Positions 10,545 through 21,034 of a stretch of DNA of 62,674 nt are shown piece after piece; position 1 is the stretch's first letter, and every line of letters begins with the position of its first letter. The DNA comes from an uncultured Bacilli bacterium. Lineage in GTDB: Bacteria; Bacillota_I; Bacilli_A; RF39; UBA660. The notes below the pieces were generated by a model, which saw only the letters and a program-made list of their open reading frames with translations, was not told the origin of the DNA and searched no databases. The stretch spans positions 1 through 62,674 of the forward strand of contig CARMXJ010000003.1 in NCBI GenBank assembly GCA_949025205.1. Reading direction: 5' to 3'. Position numbers and translations under genes: made by a program.

Positions 10545-11549
10545 ATGGAAGACAGAATTATAAATGCGGAAGAAAAAACAGAAGATGTATTTGAAAAAAA
10601 CATTCGCCCTCAAGAATTAGATGAATATATTGGTCAAAACGAAATTAAAGAGAATTTACGTGTATTTATCAAAGCGGCTTTAATGCGAGAAGAACCTCTT
10701 GACCATGTCTTGTTATATGGCCCTCCAGGCCTAGGAAAAACAACTCTTGCGCATATTATTGCGAACGAACTTGGAACCAATATAAAAACAGCCTCTGGTC
10801 CCTCTATCGAAAAAACAGGAGACTTAGCTGCTGTACTTTCCACTTTAGAGCCGGGAGATGTATTATTTATTGATGAAATACACAGGATGCCAAAATTTAT
10901 TGAAGAAGTTTTGTATCCAGCCATGGAAGACTTTGAAATTGATTTAGTAATTGGAGCAGAAGGAAAGTCAAGAAACATTAAAATTGACTTGCCTCCCTTT
11001 ACGCTTGTTGGAGCAACCACAAGAGCGGGAGATATATCCTCTCCTTTGCGCGACCGTTTTGGTATTATTTCTAAACTAGAATATTATAAAAAAGAAGAAC
11101 TAGAAAGCATTATCAAAAGAACAAGCCGTGTTTTAGATATGCCCATTGAAGATGATGCTGCAAAAGAATTAAGTGGCAGATGTAGAAAAACACCACGTAT
11201 TGCGAATCGCTTATTTAAAAGAGTTCGTGATTTTGCTTTAGTAGAGGGCGATAGTACGATTACAAAAGAACTGGCTATAAAATCATTAGAACGTTTAAAA
11301 GTCGATAAATACGGATTAGATTCCATTGACATTGAATACTTAATGAGTTTAATTACCAAATTTAACGGTGGTCCAGTTGGTGTAGAAACCATAGCAACAT
11401 CAATTGGAGAAGAAGTATCTACCATTGAAGATGTAGTAGAACCATTCTTACTACAAGAAGGATTTATCAAGCGTACTCCAAGAGGTAGAGTAGCAACGGA
11501 AAAAGCCTACGACCATTTAAAAATAGATCATAATACAAGTATATTTTAA
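10545..11549 (+). CDS. ruvB: Holliday junction DNA helicase RuvB
   Basis: [14 protein letters not shown] Walker [10 protein letters not shown] Walker [16 protein letters not shown]. Confidence 0.95.
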   Translation: MEDRIINAEEKTEDVFEKNIRPQELDEYIGQNEIKENLRVFIKAALMREEPLDHVLLYGPPGLGKTTLAHIIANELGTNIKTASGPSIEKTGDLAAVLSTLEPGDVLFIDEIHRMPKFIEEVLYPAMEDFEIDLVIGAEGKSRNIKIDLPPFTLVGATTRAGDISSPLRDRFGIISKLEYYKKEELESIIKRTSRVLDMPIEDDAAKELSGRCRKTPRIANRLFKRVRDFALVEGDSTITKELAIKSLERLKVDKYGLDSIDIEYLMSLITKFNGGPVGVETIATSIGEEVSTIEDVVEPFLLQEGFIKRTPRGRVATEKAYDHLKIDHNTSIF

Positions 11550-11575
11550 ATAAAAAACAGGAGGACTATTTAAAT

Positions 11576-12601
11576 ATGACAACAGAAGATTTTAATTACG
11601 ATTTACCAGAAGAATTAATTGCTCAAACTCCCTTAAAAGAAAGAAGTGCATCAAAACTTTTAATTATGGATAAAAATACTGGAGAACTAGAAAACAAACA
11701 ATTTACAGATATTTTAGATTATTTAATACCAGGAGATGTACTCGTTTTAAATAATACAAAAGTAATACCTGCAAGATTAATTGGAGAAAAAGAAGACACG
11801 CATGCCACCATTGAACTTTTGCTTTTAAAAAATATTGAAAACGATACTTGGGAATGTTTATCACGTCCCTTTAAAAGATTACATATTGGAACAAAGATTT
11901 TCTTTGGTAGTGGTCTACTTGTAGCAGAAGTACAAGAGAAAAAAGAAGATGGAATGGTGATTGTAAACTTTCACTATAAAGGAATTTTTCTAAACATTTT
12001 AGACACCTTAGGAGAAATGCCCCTTCCACCATACATTCATGAGAAATTAGAAGAAAAAGACCGTTACCAAACAGTATATGCCAAAAATATAGGAAGTGCA
12101 GCAGCACCAACCGCTGGCCTTCACTTTACAGAAGAGTTGCTAAACAAAGCAAAAGAAAAAGGAATTATTATTGCAGAAGTAACACTACACGTAGGACTTG
12201 GAACATTTAGGCCTGTGGAAGTAAGTGATGTAAAAAAACATGTCATGCATAGTGAATTTTACCAAATGACAAAAGAAACAGCAGACATTTTAAACCAAGC
12301 AAAAAAAGAAAAAAGAAGAATTATTGCAGTGGGAACTACTTCCACTAGAACCCTAGAAACAATCATACAAAAATATAATGAATTCAAAGAATGTGAAGGA
12401 AATACCGATATTTTTATTTACCCAGGGTATGAATTTAAAGCGATTGATGCATTAATTACAAATTTTCATCTACCTAAAAGTACATTAGTGATGCTAGTAA
12501 GTGCTTTTTCTAAAAAAGAATTCATATTAAATGCGTACAAAGAAGCCATTAAAAAGAAATATCGTTTCTTTTCTTTCGGAGATGCCATGTTTATCAAATA
12601 A
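11576..12601 (+). CDS. queA: S-adenosylmethionine:tRNA ribosyltransferase-isomerase QueA
   Basis: [21 protein letters not shown]...[23 protein letters not shown]. Confidence 0.95.
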   Translation: MTTEDFNYDLPEELIAQTPLKERSASKLLIMDKNTGELENKQFTDILDYLIPGDVLVLNNTKVIPARLIGEKEDTHATIELLLLKNIENDTWECLSRPFKRLHIGTKIFFGSGLLVAEVQEKKEDGMVIVNFHYKGIFLNILDTLGEMPLPPYIHEKLEEKDRYQTVYAKNIGSAAAPTAGLHFTEELLNKAKEKGIIIAEVTLHVGLGTFRPVEVSDVKKHVMHSEFYQMTKETADILNQAKKEKRRIIAVGTTSTRTLETIIQKYNEFKECEGNTDIFIYPGYEFKAIDALITNFHLPKSTLVMLVSAFSKKEFILNAYKEAIKKKYRFFSFGDAMFIK

Positions 12602-12616
12602 AAGGAGTACAAGCAT

Positions 12617-13183
12617 ATGGAAAAAAATAGATTAATTATTGTAGAAGGACCACAAGGAACAGGAAAAACAACTCTTACCAATTATTTAAGAGATAATATT
12701 CCTAGTTCTAATCTTTATAGACTAGCAGGCTCAAAAGATAAAACAATAGAAGGAAAAAAGATAAGCCAAAAAATGTACTATGCCTTACAAGAATATTTAA
12801 AAAAGATGGAAAGTATTCCAATGGATTTGATTTTTGACCGAACCTTTTTTACAGAACAAGTATACGCAAGTTTAGGGTATAAAGAATACGAATACAATGA
12901 CTTATTTGAAACATTCACGAGTATGTTAGACAATTTAAATTATGATATATATTTATTTTTATTATATCTAGAAGATACAGAGCTCTATAAAGAACGTTTA
13001 GATAGAAAAGACCATCACAAATACCAAGCATTTAGCATTGAAAGCAGTGTAAAACAACAGATAGAATATCTTCGTATTGGAGAGTTAATAGAAAAAAGAA
13101 CCAAAATAAAAGTATATCCTATAGCGATGGATAACTTTGACGAAGCATATGAAGGAATAAAAAGAACGTTAAAAATAAAATAA
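12617..13183 (+). CDS. P-loop nucleoside/nucleotide kinase-like protein (dNK/TMPK fold), function unknown
   Basis: N-terminal Walker A IIVEGPQGTGKTT and an FDRTFF motif resembling the DR(Y/S) motif of the dNK/TMPK family. Inserted between queA and tgt. Confidence 0.5.
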   Translation: MEKNRLIIVEGPQGTGKTTLTNYLRDNIPSSNLYRLAGSKDKTIEGKKISQKMYYALQEYLKKMESIPMDLIFDRTFFTEQVYASLGYKEYEYNDLFETFTSMLDNLNYDIYLFLLYLEDTELYKERLDRKDHHKYQAFSIESSVKQQIEYLRIGELIEKRTKIKVYPIAMDNFDEAYEGIKRTLKIK

Positions 13184-13185
13184 AA

Positions 13186-13662
13186 TTACCGTTTCGGACG
13201 AAATTCATCTGTAATGGTAGGATATTTTTCATTATAATAATGTTCTATTTGGCGTAAACGGTCATCGTAGAAAATACCGAATTGTTCTTTAACTCGTTTT
13301 TGTATTGCACTTTTATTTAATTCTTCAAAGGAAATTTGTAAAATTTCTAAATTAGGGTCAAATGTTAAAATAAAGAAGAGAAAAGATTCATCACCATAAG
13401 CTAAATAAAAATCGTTTGGAGACTTGTAATCATGATTAGCGTGGATTTCATTTAAAACCTGATAAAATAAATCTGCTTTTGAAACACCATCGTGAATCAG
13501 ATTCCACTTGATTGCAGCATCTTCAATCTCCTTTTTTCTCTTTTCCGTAATTTTCTTAAAACCATAAAATGGTTTGTTATCGTTAAAAAAAGATTTCTTT
13601 AACCCTTGTTTATAGTTAATATTCGAGTTTATAGAATCAAGTTCATAATAGTAATTTTTCAT
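13186..13662 (-). CDS. Hypothetical protein
   Basis: 158-aa ORF convergent with 12617..13183; no motif recognised. Confidence 0.5.
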   Translation of the reverse strand: MKNYYYELDSINSNINYKQGLKKSFFNDNKPFYGFKKITEKRKKEIEDAAIKWNLIHDGVSKADLFYQVLNEIHANHDYKSPNDFYLAYGDESFLFFILTFDPNLEILQISFEELNKSAIQKRVKEQFGIFYDDRLRQIEHYYNEKYPTITDEFRPKR

Positions 13663-13770
13663 ATTAAAACCTCTTATGACTCTATTTTATCAAAAAACAA
13701 AAGAAAAAACAAATTTTTAGGATGCAAACACAAAAAAAGAATGCTATACTAAAAAACACGAGGTGAAGAT

Positions 13771-14121
13771 ATGAGAAAATATACAGAGATAGCGAAAACC
13801 GATGGGTCTTTATGGAAACACAGAAATTATAGCAATTTAGAAAAAGAAAAATACCCAAGAGTAGAAACAGTAAAAACCGAAACAGAGGATATATTCCATT
13901 ACATAGATAAAATACAAATAGGCAGTTTAGAAATTTTTATTGATTTTTCTTGTAATAAGGATGGAAAACCAATCGGCTTTATCACAAATTCTTATTTTGA
14001 ACAAAAAGACATGCCAGTAGTAGAAGATACCTTTTGGCTACAAAACTACAAAAAAGATTTATTAAATCGAATAATAGTAGATTTGCAAAAAAGGCAAGAA
14101 GAACAAACGATTTTAAGATAA
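13771..14121 (+). CDS. Hypothetical protein
   Basis: 116-aa ORF with RBS GAGGTGAAG before the ATG; no motif recognised. Confidence 0.5.
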   Translation: MRKYTEIAKTDGSLWKHRNYSNLEKEKYPRVETVKTETEDIFHYIDKIQIGSLEIFIDFSCNKDGKPIGFITNSYFEQKDMPVVEDTFWLQNYKKDLLNRIIVDLQKRQEEQTILR

Positions 14122-14137
14122 TAAAAGAAAGGGGTAA

Positions 14138-15563
<1,426 letters not shown>

Positions 15564-15570
15564 GAGTAGA

Positions 15571-16374
15571 ATGAATAGTAAAGAAGCTTGTCAATTTTTA
15601 AAAACTATATTTTTAGCTTATAAAGAAAAAAAGAGCAAAAATGAAATTGATATGAATAACTTAAATTTATTTAAAAATATAATTAATATATATTTAACGA
15701 ATGTAGAAAAACAAGATATTAATATATTAATTCAAGATTATAAAGAAAAATATATTTTCAATGAATCCAGAATAGAAGAAAATAATTCTTTAGAAGAACA
15801 ACTAGGCATTGGAGAAGTATACGATTTTATTCAGTCATTTGACTTTAAAAAAGATTACTTCAATTTATTTACAACTTCACTTATAATCCATTCTAAGCTC
15901 TATTCAAAATGTGCTTGCCCTGAATTTGGTGGGAAATTAAGGGATACTACAGTTTATTTATTTGATACAAACTATGAAGTCATGGACCCAATGCTTTCTC
16001 AAAAATATTTTAATAGTTTAATTCCAATCTCATCTAAGATTTTCGATAGTCTTCAAAACGAACCGGGGGGGGGGTACTTTACGTACATTGATAAATGTAT
16101 TATACAAACCACAGATTTAATAAAAGCACAACCGTTTGCAGATGGAAACAAAAGAACATTTAGAGCACTTTTAAATCTGCTATTAAAAAAAATTAAAATA
16201 CCGCCTGTAAATATAGAATTAGATGAAAAAGACCTTTACAAGAATGCGCTTTTAAAAGCAATAAAAGAAAACGATTACACAAAAATCATTCATTTTTATT
16301 ATTATAAGATATGCGATGCTATTATTACACTAGATATCGAGCAATTATTAAATAATCACGATTTTAAAAGATAA
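15571..16374 (+). CDS. Fic/Doc-family protein with a non-canonical (Gln-for-His) active-site motif
   Basis: QPFADGNKRTFRAL compared with the Doc-type HxFx(D/N)(A/G)NKR motif. Contains a G10 tract upstream of the motif. Confidence 0.7.
   Translation: MNSKEACQFLKTIFLAYKEKKSKNEIDMNNLNLFKNIINIYLTNVEKQDINILIQDYKEKYIFNESRIEENNSLEEQLGIGEVYDFIQSFDFKKDYFNLFTTSLIIHSKLYSKCACPEFGGKLRDTTVYLFDTNYEVMDPMLSQKYFNSLIPISSKIFDSLQNEPGGGYFTYIDKCIIQTTDLIKAQPFADGNKRTFRALLNLLLKKIKIPPVNIELDEKDLYKNALLKAIKENDYTKIIHFYYYKICDAIITLDIEQLLNNHDFKR
16065..16074 (+). repeat. G10 homopolymer inside the Fic-like CDS (currently in frame)
   Basis: ccg ggg ggg ggg encodes PGGG; a 10-G run in a very AT-rich genome. Confidence 0.9.
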
Positions 16375-16386
16375 ACAAAAGAACGT

Positions 16387-16749
16387 TTATTCTTTTTTAG
16401 TGTTAATCCCAAGCATAGCCCCGAGAACAGAAGTAGCTAGTAAAATAAGATAATACAAAAGACTTCCAACCCGAAATTGAAAGACAGTAAAAATAATATT
16501 GAGAAGAAAAAGAACCAAAACAAAAAGTCCCCCCGTTTTTAAACCCGCCATAAATCCTTTTGCTTCCGTTTTTTTACCAGCAAGAAAACCAAAAACAAAA
16601 AATACAAGAAGCAAATAGGCAATACTTAAAATGCGTACAACTTTACTAGAAACTAAAAAATAATAGAGTACACTCGCTACAATACTTCCACCTACTAAAA
16701 AGCCCAAGAATTTTAAAAGTAAAATCCCATATTCTTTTATATATTTCAT
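16387..16749 (-). CDS. Small integral membrane protein (4 predicted TM segments)
   Basis: 120 aa, almost entirely hydrophobic helices. Confidence 0.6.
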   Translation of the reverse strand: MKYIKEYGILLLKFLGFLVGGSIVASVLYYFLVSSKVVRILSIAYLLLVFFVFGFLAGKKTEAKGFMAGLKTGGLFVLVLFLLNIIFTVFQFRVGSLLYYLILLATSVLGAMLGINTKKE

Positions 16750-16817
16750 AAAATCACCTATAAAACTATATGTCTTTGATTAAAAACTTATGAAACAAAC
16801 CATAATAAAGTTGGAAG

Positions 16818-17471
16818 GTGAAAAACATGGAACTATTAACGATTGTTTTAAGAACAACATTTTTTTATTTCTTTATTGTACTAGCATACCGAATTATGGG
16901 AAAACGTGAAATAGGACAGTTAGGAATCATTGATTTAATTGTCTCCATTTTGATTGCAGAACTGGTTGCGATTAGTATTGAAAACATAAACGATTCGATA
17001 TTCTTTACCATAATCCCGATTATTTTATTAGTGGTATTAGAGTTATCTTTGGCATTTATAAGCATTAAGTCTAGAACTTTTAGAACGCTGTTTGGAGGCA
17101 AACCCTCTTTAATCATCGTAAATGGCAATGTAAATTACAAAGAAATGGTACGTCAACGCTACAGTATGGACGACTTACTTCTAAGTTTACGTCAAAACTC
17201 CATTAAAAGCATTGATGAAATAGAATATGCTTTTCTAGAACCAAACGGAAAATTATCTATTTTTAAATACAATGTATTTCATAAAAGAAGCAACTATCCG
17301 ATGCCGATTATCTTAGATGGTGAAATCCAAGAAAAAGCCTTAAACTTCATAAAAAAAGACAAACATTGGTTGGAAGAAGAATTAGGAAAAAAACATCTAA
17401 AAGTAGAAGATGTCTTCTATGCTTTTCATAAAAAAAGTAAAATTTTCTTAATTAAAAAAAGTAATTTATAA
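16818..17471 (+). CDS. DUF421/YetF-family membrane protein
   Basis: N-terminal TM helices with RIMGKREIGQLGIIDLIVSILIAELVA, and a C-terminal LIIVNG...MDDLLLSLRQ...IEYAFLEPNGKLSIF pattern typical of YetF-like proteins. The start may instead be ATG 16827. Confidence 0.7.
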   Translation: MKNMELLTIVLRTTFFYFFIVLAYRIMGKREIGQLGIIDLIVSILIAELVAISIENINDSIFFTIIPIILLVVLELSLAFISIKSRTFRTLFGGKPSLIIVNGNVNYKEMVRQRYSMDDLLLSLRQNSIKSIDEIEYAFLEPNGKLSIFKYNVFHKRSNYPMPIILDGEIQEKALNFIKKDKHWLEEELGKKHLKVEDVFYAFHKKSKIFLIKKSNL

Positions 17472-17503
17472 TTTCAAAAAAACTTATGTTATAATGAAGC
17501 AAG

Positions 17504-17929
17504 ATGGTGATTAAAATGGATAGGCTAAGTAAAAAAAGAAAAATACAAAAAACAGGGATTATAATAGGATTTTCAAGCTTGATTCTATTTGTTTTCTTAT
17601 TATTATTGCTTCATCTTAATGGGGTGCGAAATAAATATATATTTGCCTACCAAAAAGATGAAAATTTTACACTTACAACAAAAGAACAAAAAACCTGCCA
17701 AAGCAAAAAATACACTTTATGGGAAGAAGACCGTTACCACTATTACGGATACTGTATTTCAAATATATATGTTTCCAAAAAAGGAAGCACCATTACTTTA
17801 CAAGAAGCCTTAAAAAAGAAATATATAAACTTAGAAGATATATTAAAAAAAGAAGAAAAAGCTTTTAATATAACGCTTATACCGACATACCAAGAAAATA
17901 TTGAAATAATATTTAGTCCTAAAGACTAA
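17504..17929 (+). CDS. Membrane-anchored hypothetical protein
   Basis: Basic N-terminus plus TM IIIGFSSLILFVFLLLLL. The start may be ATG 17516. Confidence 0.5.
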   Translation: MVIKMDRLSKKRKIQKTGIIIGFSSLILFVFLLLLLHLNGVRNKYIFAYQKDENFTLTTKEQKTCQSKKYTLWEEDRYHYYGYCISNIYVSKKGSTITLQEALKKKYINLEDILKKEEKAFNITLIPTYQENIEIIFSPKD

Positions 17930-18024
17930 TATTTTTTAATCGCCTTTAGGGTGTGGTTTGCAAAGAGCAAACCATCAAAAAATCCACTAGCTAAGCTAGT
18001 GGAAGTTAAAGGGCTTAAAGCAAA

Positions 18025-18093
18025 ATGACATCTCTCATGCTATAATATGTGGCTGTTCAGGCCTAATATTAAGCATGAAAGGAGAGATGTCAT
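18025..18093 (+). promoter_or_regulatory. 5'-leader stem-loop sequestering the tnpA RBS and start codon
   Basis: ATGACATCTCTC+ATGC (18025-18040) pairs with GCAT (18073-18076) and GAGAGATGTCAT (18082-18093). The second arm includes part of the SD and ATG 18092. A TATAAT lies in the loop (18041-18046). Confidence 0.65.
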
Positions 18094-18547
18094 GGCTAAA
18101 AGTTTAGCACACACAAAATATATGTGCAAGTATCATATAGTATTTATCCCAAAGTATCGAAGAAAGGTAATATATAATAAACTAAGAAAAGATATACAAG
18201 GCTATATAAAAGATTTATGCAAATGGAAAGGTGTAGAGATAATAGAAGGACACATGATGTCAGACCATGTACATCTATTGTTAGAAATACCGCCAAAAAT
18301 GAGTGTATCGTATTTTATGGGATATCTAAAAGGAAAGAGTAGCCTAATGATTTTTGAGAAACATACAAATTTAAAATATAAGTTTGGAAATAGGAATTTT
18401 TGGGCAACAGGATATTATGTAAGTACAGTAGGGTTAAATGAAGCGACGATACGAAAATATATAAGAGAACAAGAAAATGAAGATATAATGGAAGACAAAC
18501 TATCAAAGAAAGAATACATAAACCCTTTCAAGGGTAAATTAAAGTAG
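18092..18547 (+). CDS. tnpA: IS200/IS605-family Y1 (HUH) transposase TnpA
   Basis: YHIVFIPKYRRKV, HUH motif DHVHLLL, catalytic-Tyr region FWATGYYVSTVG. Confidence 0.95.
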   Translation: MAKSLAHTKYMCKYHIVFIPKYRRKVIYNKLRKDIQGYIKDLCKWKGVEIIEGHMMSDHVHLLLEIPPKMSVSYFMGYLKGKSSLMIFEKHTNLKYKFGNRNFWATGYYVSTVGLNEATIRKYIREQENEDIMEDKLSKKEYINPFKGKLK

Positions 18548-18730
18548 TCATTGCATAAGGCTTGAACAAAGAGAAAGCAAGCCTTCATTTGCGGGCTTGC
18601 AGATATTTCGGCCTTATAGGCCATGTGAAATCCACCCGTTTTACGGGTGGTTATTTAATTTTACAATTTTTTCTTTATTTTTAAAACAATCTTTGTTAAG
18701 ATAGCAAAAAAGAAAAGAGGAAAGAAAAAT

Positions 18731-19411
18731 ATGTCCAAAAGCTTAAATGAATTGTTGATGCTAATAGATGCTTATCAAGAATTTGAAAATCTTGCAAAGG
18801 TTTCTAAAAGAAAGGCAAGAAAGAGCTATTACTTAGTCTTGCAAACACAAACTTTAGAACTAATATCTACTGCTGCAAGTATAATAGGAATTTCTATAAA
18901 AGACCCTAAAGAATTTCAGAAGCAAATAAACATTTATTTTGAAAAAAGAAAAAACAAAACAAAAAGATTTCCAATAGAAGACTTAATTATGGATGAAAAT
19001 ATGGATGAAAAACCAATAGAAAAAATAATTCTGTCTTGCCAAGATTTTGATAACTTGCCTTACGAAAATAAAAAAAGAAAAAATTACTTTACGTGTGTAG
19101 CTAAAACGCCATTATACAAAAGCATAACAGGACAAGTAACAGAAGACAAAAAAGAAGAATTAGAAGAAAATTTAGAAGAGTCTATCCATTTTGAAAATAT
19201 TGGAAAAAATATATACGAAATAACAAATACTACGGATGATTGGAAAAACAAACTAGAAGAATTAAGAAAAGAAGGAAGAATAACAGAAGAAGAATATAAA
19301 AAATACATGATGCAAATAGATTATTTAACAAGTTACTATTTCAGTCTTATAAATGGAGAACAAGGAAAATTTGAAGAAGAAATAAAAAGAGAAATTAGAA
19401 AAAAGAAATAG
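18731..19411 (+). CDS. Hypothetical Lys/Glu-rich protein
   Basis: 226-aa ORF with RBS AAGAGGAAAG before the ATG; no motif recognised. Confidence 0.45.
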   Translation: MSKSLNELLMLIDAYQEFENLAKVSKRKARKSYYLVLQTQTLELISTAASIIGISIKDPKEFQKQINIYFEKRKNKTKRFPIEDLIMDENMDEKPIEKIILSCQDFDNLPYENKKRKNYFTCVAKTPLYKSITGQVTEDKKEELEENLEESIHFENIGKNIYEITNTTDDWKNKLEELRKEGRITEEEYKKYMMQIDYLTSYYFSLINGEQGKFEEEIKREIRKKK

Positions 19412-19414
19412 AAT

Positions 19415-20716
19415 TTATAAAGAAAAAGTATGCAGTACTTTTTTTATTTTGTAAAGATTTGTCCCAACAACAAAAATAATGTTTACAATCTCAGAAATAA
19501 TAAGCCCATAAATACCAATATGGAAAAAAGAAAAAAGAGCCAAAACAATGTTTTTAATAATAACCCCAATAAAAGTAATCTTCATAGTATATTTAGCAAG
19601 TCCAAGTCCTTGCAAAGTACTGATGAGAGGAGTTTCCAAATAAAAGAGAACAAAAAAAGGGAATAAAGCTTTAATATAATCTGCACCACTCGTAGTATGG
19701 TACAGTATCCATAATAACTTTTCTCGGCATAAAAAAATAGGAAGGGTAAACAAAACACCTAACAAAAAAGAAAAAACAAAAGCTTGCTTAAACCGACGTT
19801 TTACCATATCTAGATTTCTTTTTTGATAAAACTTACTAATTTCTGGAATTAAAGAATTGGAAATCGCACCGACAAAAAAAGAAGGCATGGTAAGTAGGGC
19901 AATCGAATAAGCGTTATATGCTCCATATTCCATCAAAATAAATTCACTCGAGTAGCCGACATAAAGTAAGATATTGGTAAGTAAAATCGGTTCAAAGAAA
20001 AAGCCAATATTTCCAATAAACCGGGAAGAAACAGTAGGAATACTGACTCCTAAAACTTCTCGAATCGTTTTAATATCGGGTTTTATATCCTTTTTTGTAA
20101 TAACCACTCGTTTGGGGAGAAAAAACAAAAAAACAACAACCGAAAAAAGTTCAGAAACGATATTAAACAAAATAAAAGCCGTAACACCAAATAGTACCCC
20201 TTTTTTCATAAAGTGAGGCAAAAAAAGAACAATTAACACCAACCGAATCACTTGTTCTAATGCATTAGATAAAGCATAAGGAAAACTTCTTTGCTTTCCA
20301 AAAAAATAACCCTTTACAATCGAAGAAATACTAATAAATGGTAAAGTAATTGTGCAAGCAAGAAGGAGTATCGTAACACTTTCGTTTTTTAACAAATGAA
20401 CAGCAATAAAATGGCTCGAAAAAAACATAATCCCGATAAGGAAAATATTTACAAGCATAATAACGACCACCGAAGAACAAATAATTTTAATACTTCTTAC
20501 TCGCTCTTCAGCTACCAACTTAGAAATGGCAAGAGGAAGGGCAAGAGTGGCAATCGTAATCAAAAGAGAATAGGTAGGCATTACCAAAGAATGTAAACTA
20601 ACTCCCTCCTCTAAAATAATTCTGGTATATACAATTTTAATAATAAAACCAAGGAGTTTAGTAACAAAACCACCTAAAATAAGGACTAAAGTAGACGTAA
20701 TAAATTTATTTTTCAT
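19415..20716 (-). CDS. MOP-superfamily flippase (SpoVB/MurJ-like polysaccharide or lipid II flippase)
   Basis: Polytopic membrane protein starting MKNKFITSTLVLILGGFVTKLLGFIIKIVYTRI. ATG at 20716 follows RBS AAAGGTGAGG. Adjacent to a comN-like gene, as spoVB is in Bacillus. The ORF-track extension to 20950 is rejected. Confidence 0.75.
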   Translation of the reverse strand: MKNKFITSTLVLILGGFVTKLLGFIIKIVYTRIILEEGVSLHSLVMPTYSLLITIATLALPLAISKLVAEERVRSIKIICSSVVVIMLVNIFLIGIMFFSSHFIAVHLLKNESVTILLLACTITLPFISISSIVKGYFFGKQRSFPYALSNALEQVIRLVLIVLFLPHFMKKGVLFGVTAFILFNIVSELFSVVVFLFFLPKRVVITKKDIKPDIKTIREVLGVSIPTVSSRFIGNIGFFFEPILLTNILLYVGYSSEFILMEYGAYNAYSIALLTMPSFFVGAISNSLIPEISKFYQKRNLDMVKRRFKQAFVFSFLLGVLFTLPIFLCREKLLWILYHTTSGADYIKALFPFFVLFYLETPLISTLQGLGLAKYTMKITFIGVIIKNIVLALFSFFHIGIYGLIISEIVNIIFVVGTNLYKIKKVLHTFSL

Positions 20717-20781
20717 ATTCCTCACCTTTAAAAATAACAAAATATGCTTTATAATAAATATATGAATAGTGGAGGAAAAAT

Positions 20782-21030
20782 ATGGAAAAAGAAAACAAAA
20801 ACCCAATGATTGATTTATATAAAAGAGTCCTTCCAGCTCTCCGCTCGAAGAAAAAAGAACTCCATTTAAAAAGAATACCATCTGCAACAGAAAAAAACAT
20901 ATGGGATTGCCTGCGTAAAACGAGATGGAACAAAATGGGAGATTTAACACTATTTGATATTGTAGATGATATTTTAAAATTAAAAGAAGAAGATTTCCTG
21001 CTTTTTTTAAACAAAGAAGAAAGAAGATAA
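20782..21030 (+). CDS. ComN-like post-transcriptional regulator family protein
   Basis: 82 aa. The pattern LYKRVLPALRSK...IWDCLRKTRWNK...LFDIVDDILKLK resembles B. subtilis ComN/YrzD as I recall it. Synteny with spoVB-like and relA genes. Confidence 0.55.
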   Translation: MEKENKNPMIDLYKRVLPALRSKKKELHLKRIPSATEKNIWDCLRKTRWNKMGDLTLFDIVDDILKLKEEDFLLFLNKEERR

Positions 21031-21034
21031 ATTA

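Larger units (their letters stand above)
17935..18655 (+). mobile_element. IS200/IS605-family insertion sequence (IS200-type, tnpA only)
   Basis: Y1 transposase gene flanked by terminal hairpins. Left end: GGTTTGC/GCAAACC (17955-17973) and aatCCACTAGC..GCTAGTGG (17984-18002). Right end: AAGGCTTG..CAAGCCTT, GGCCTtatAGGCC and aatCCACCCGttttaCGGGTGG (18632-18650). Element boundaries are approximate. Confidence 0.8.

Noticed and set aside
20717-20950. N-terminal 78-codon extension of the flippase ORF (ORF track 19415-20950), plus overlapping ORFs 20706-21014(-), 19430-19666(+), 19974-20216(+) and 20396-20596(+)
   Set aside because: A good RBS (AAAGGTGAGG) and a typical MKNKF...TM start are at 20716. 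The extension would overlap the divergent comN-like gene and its promoter region.
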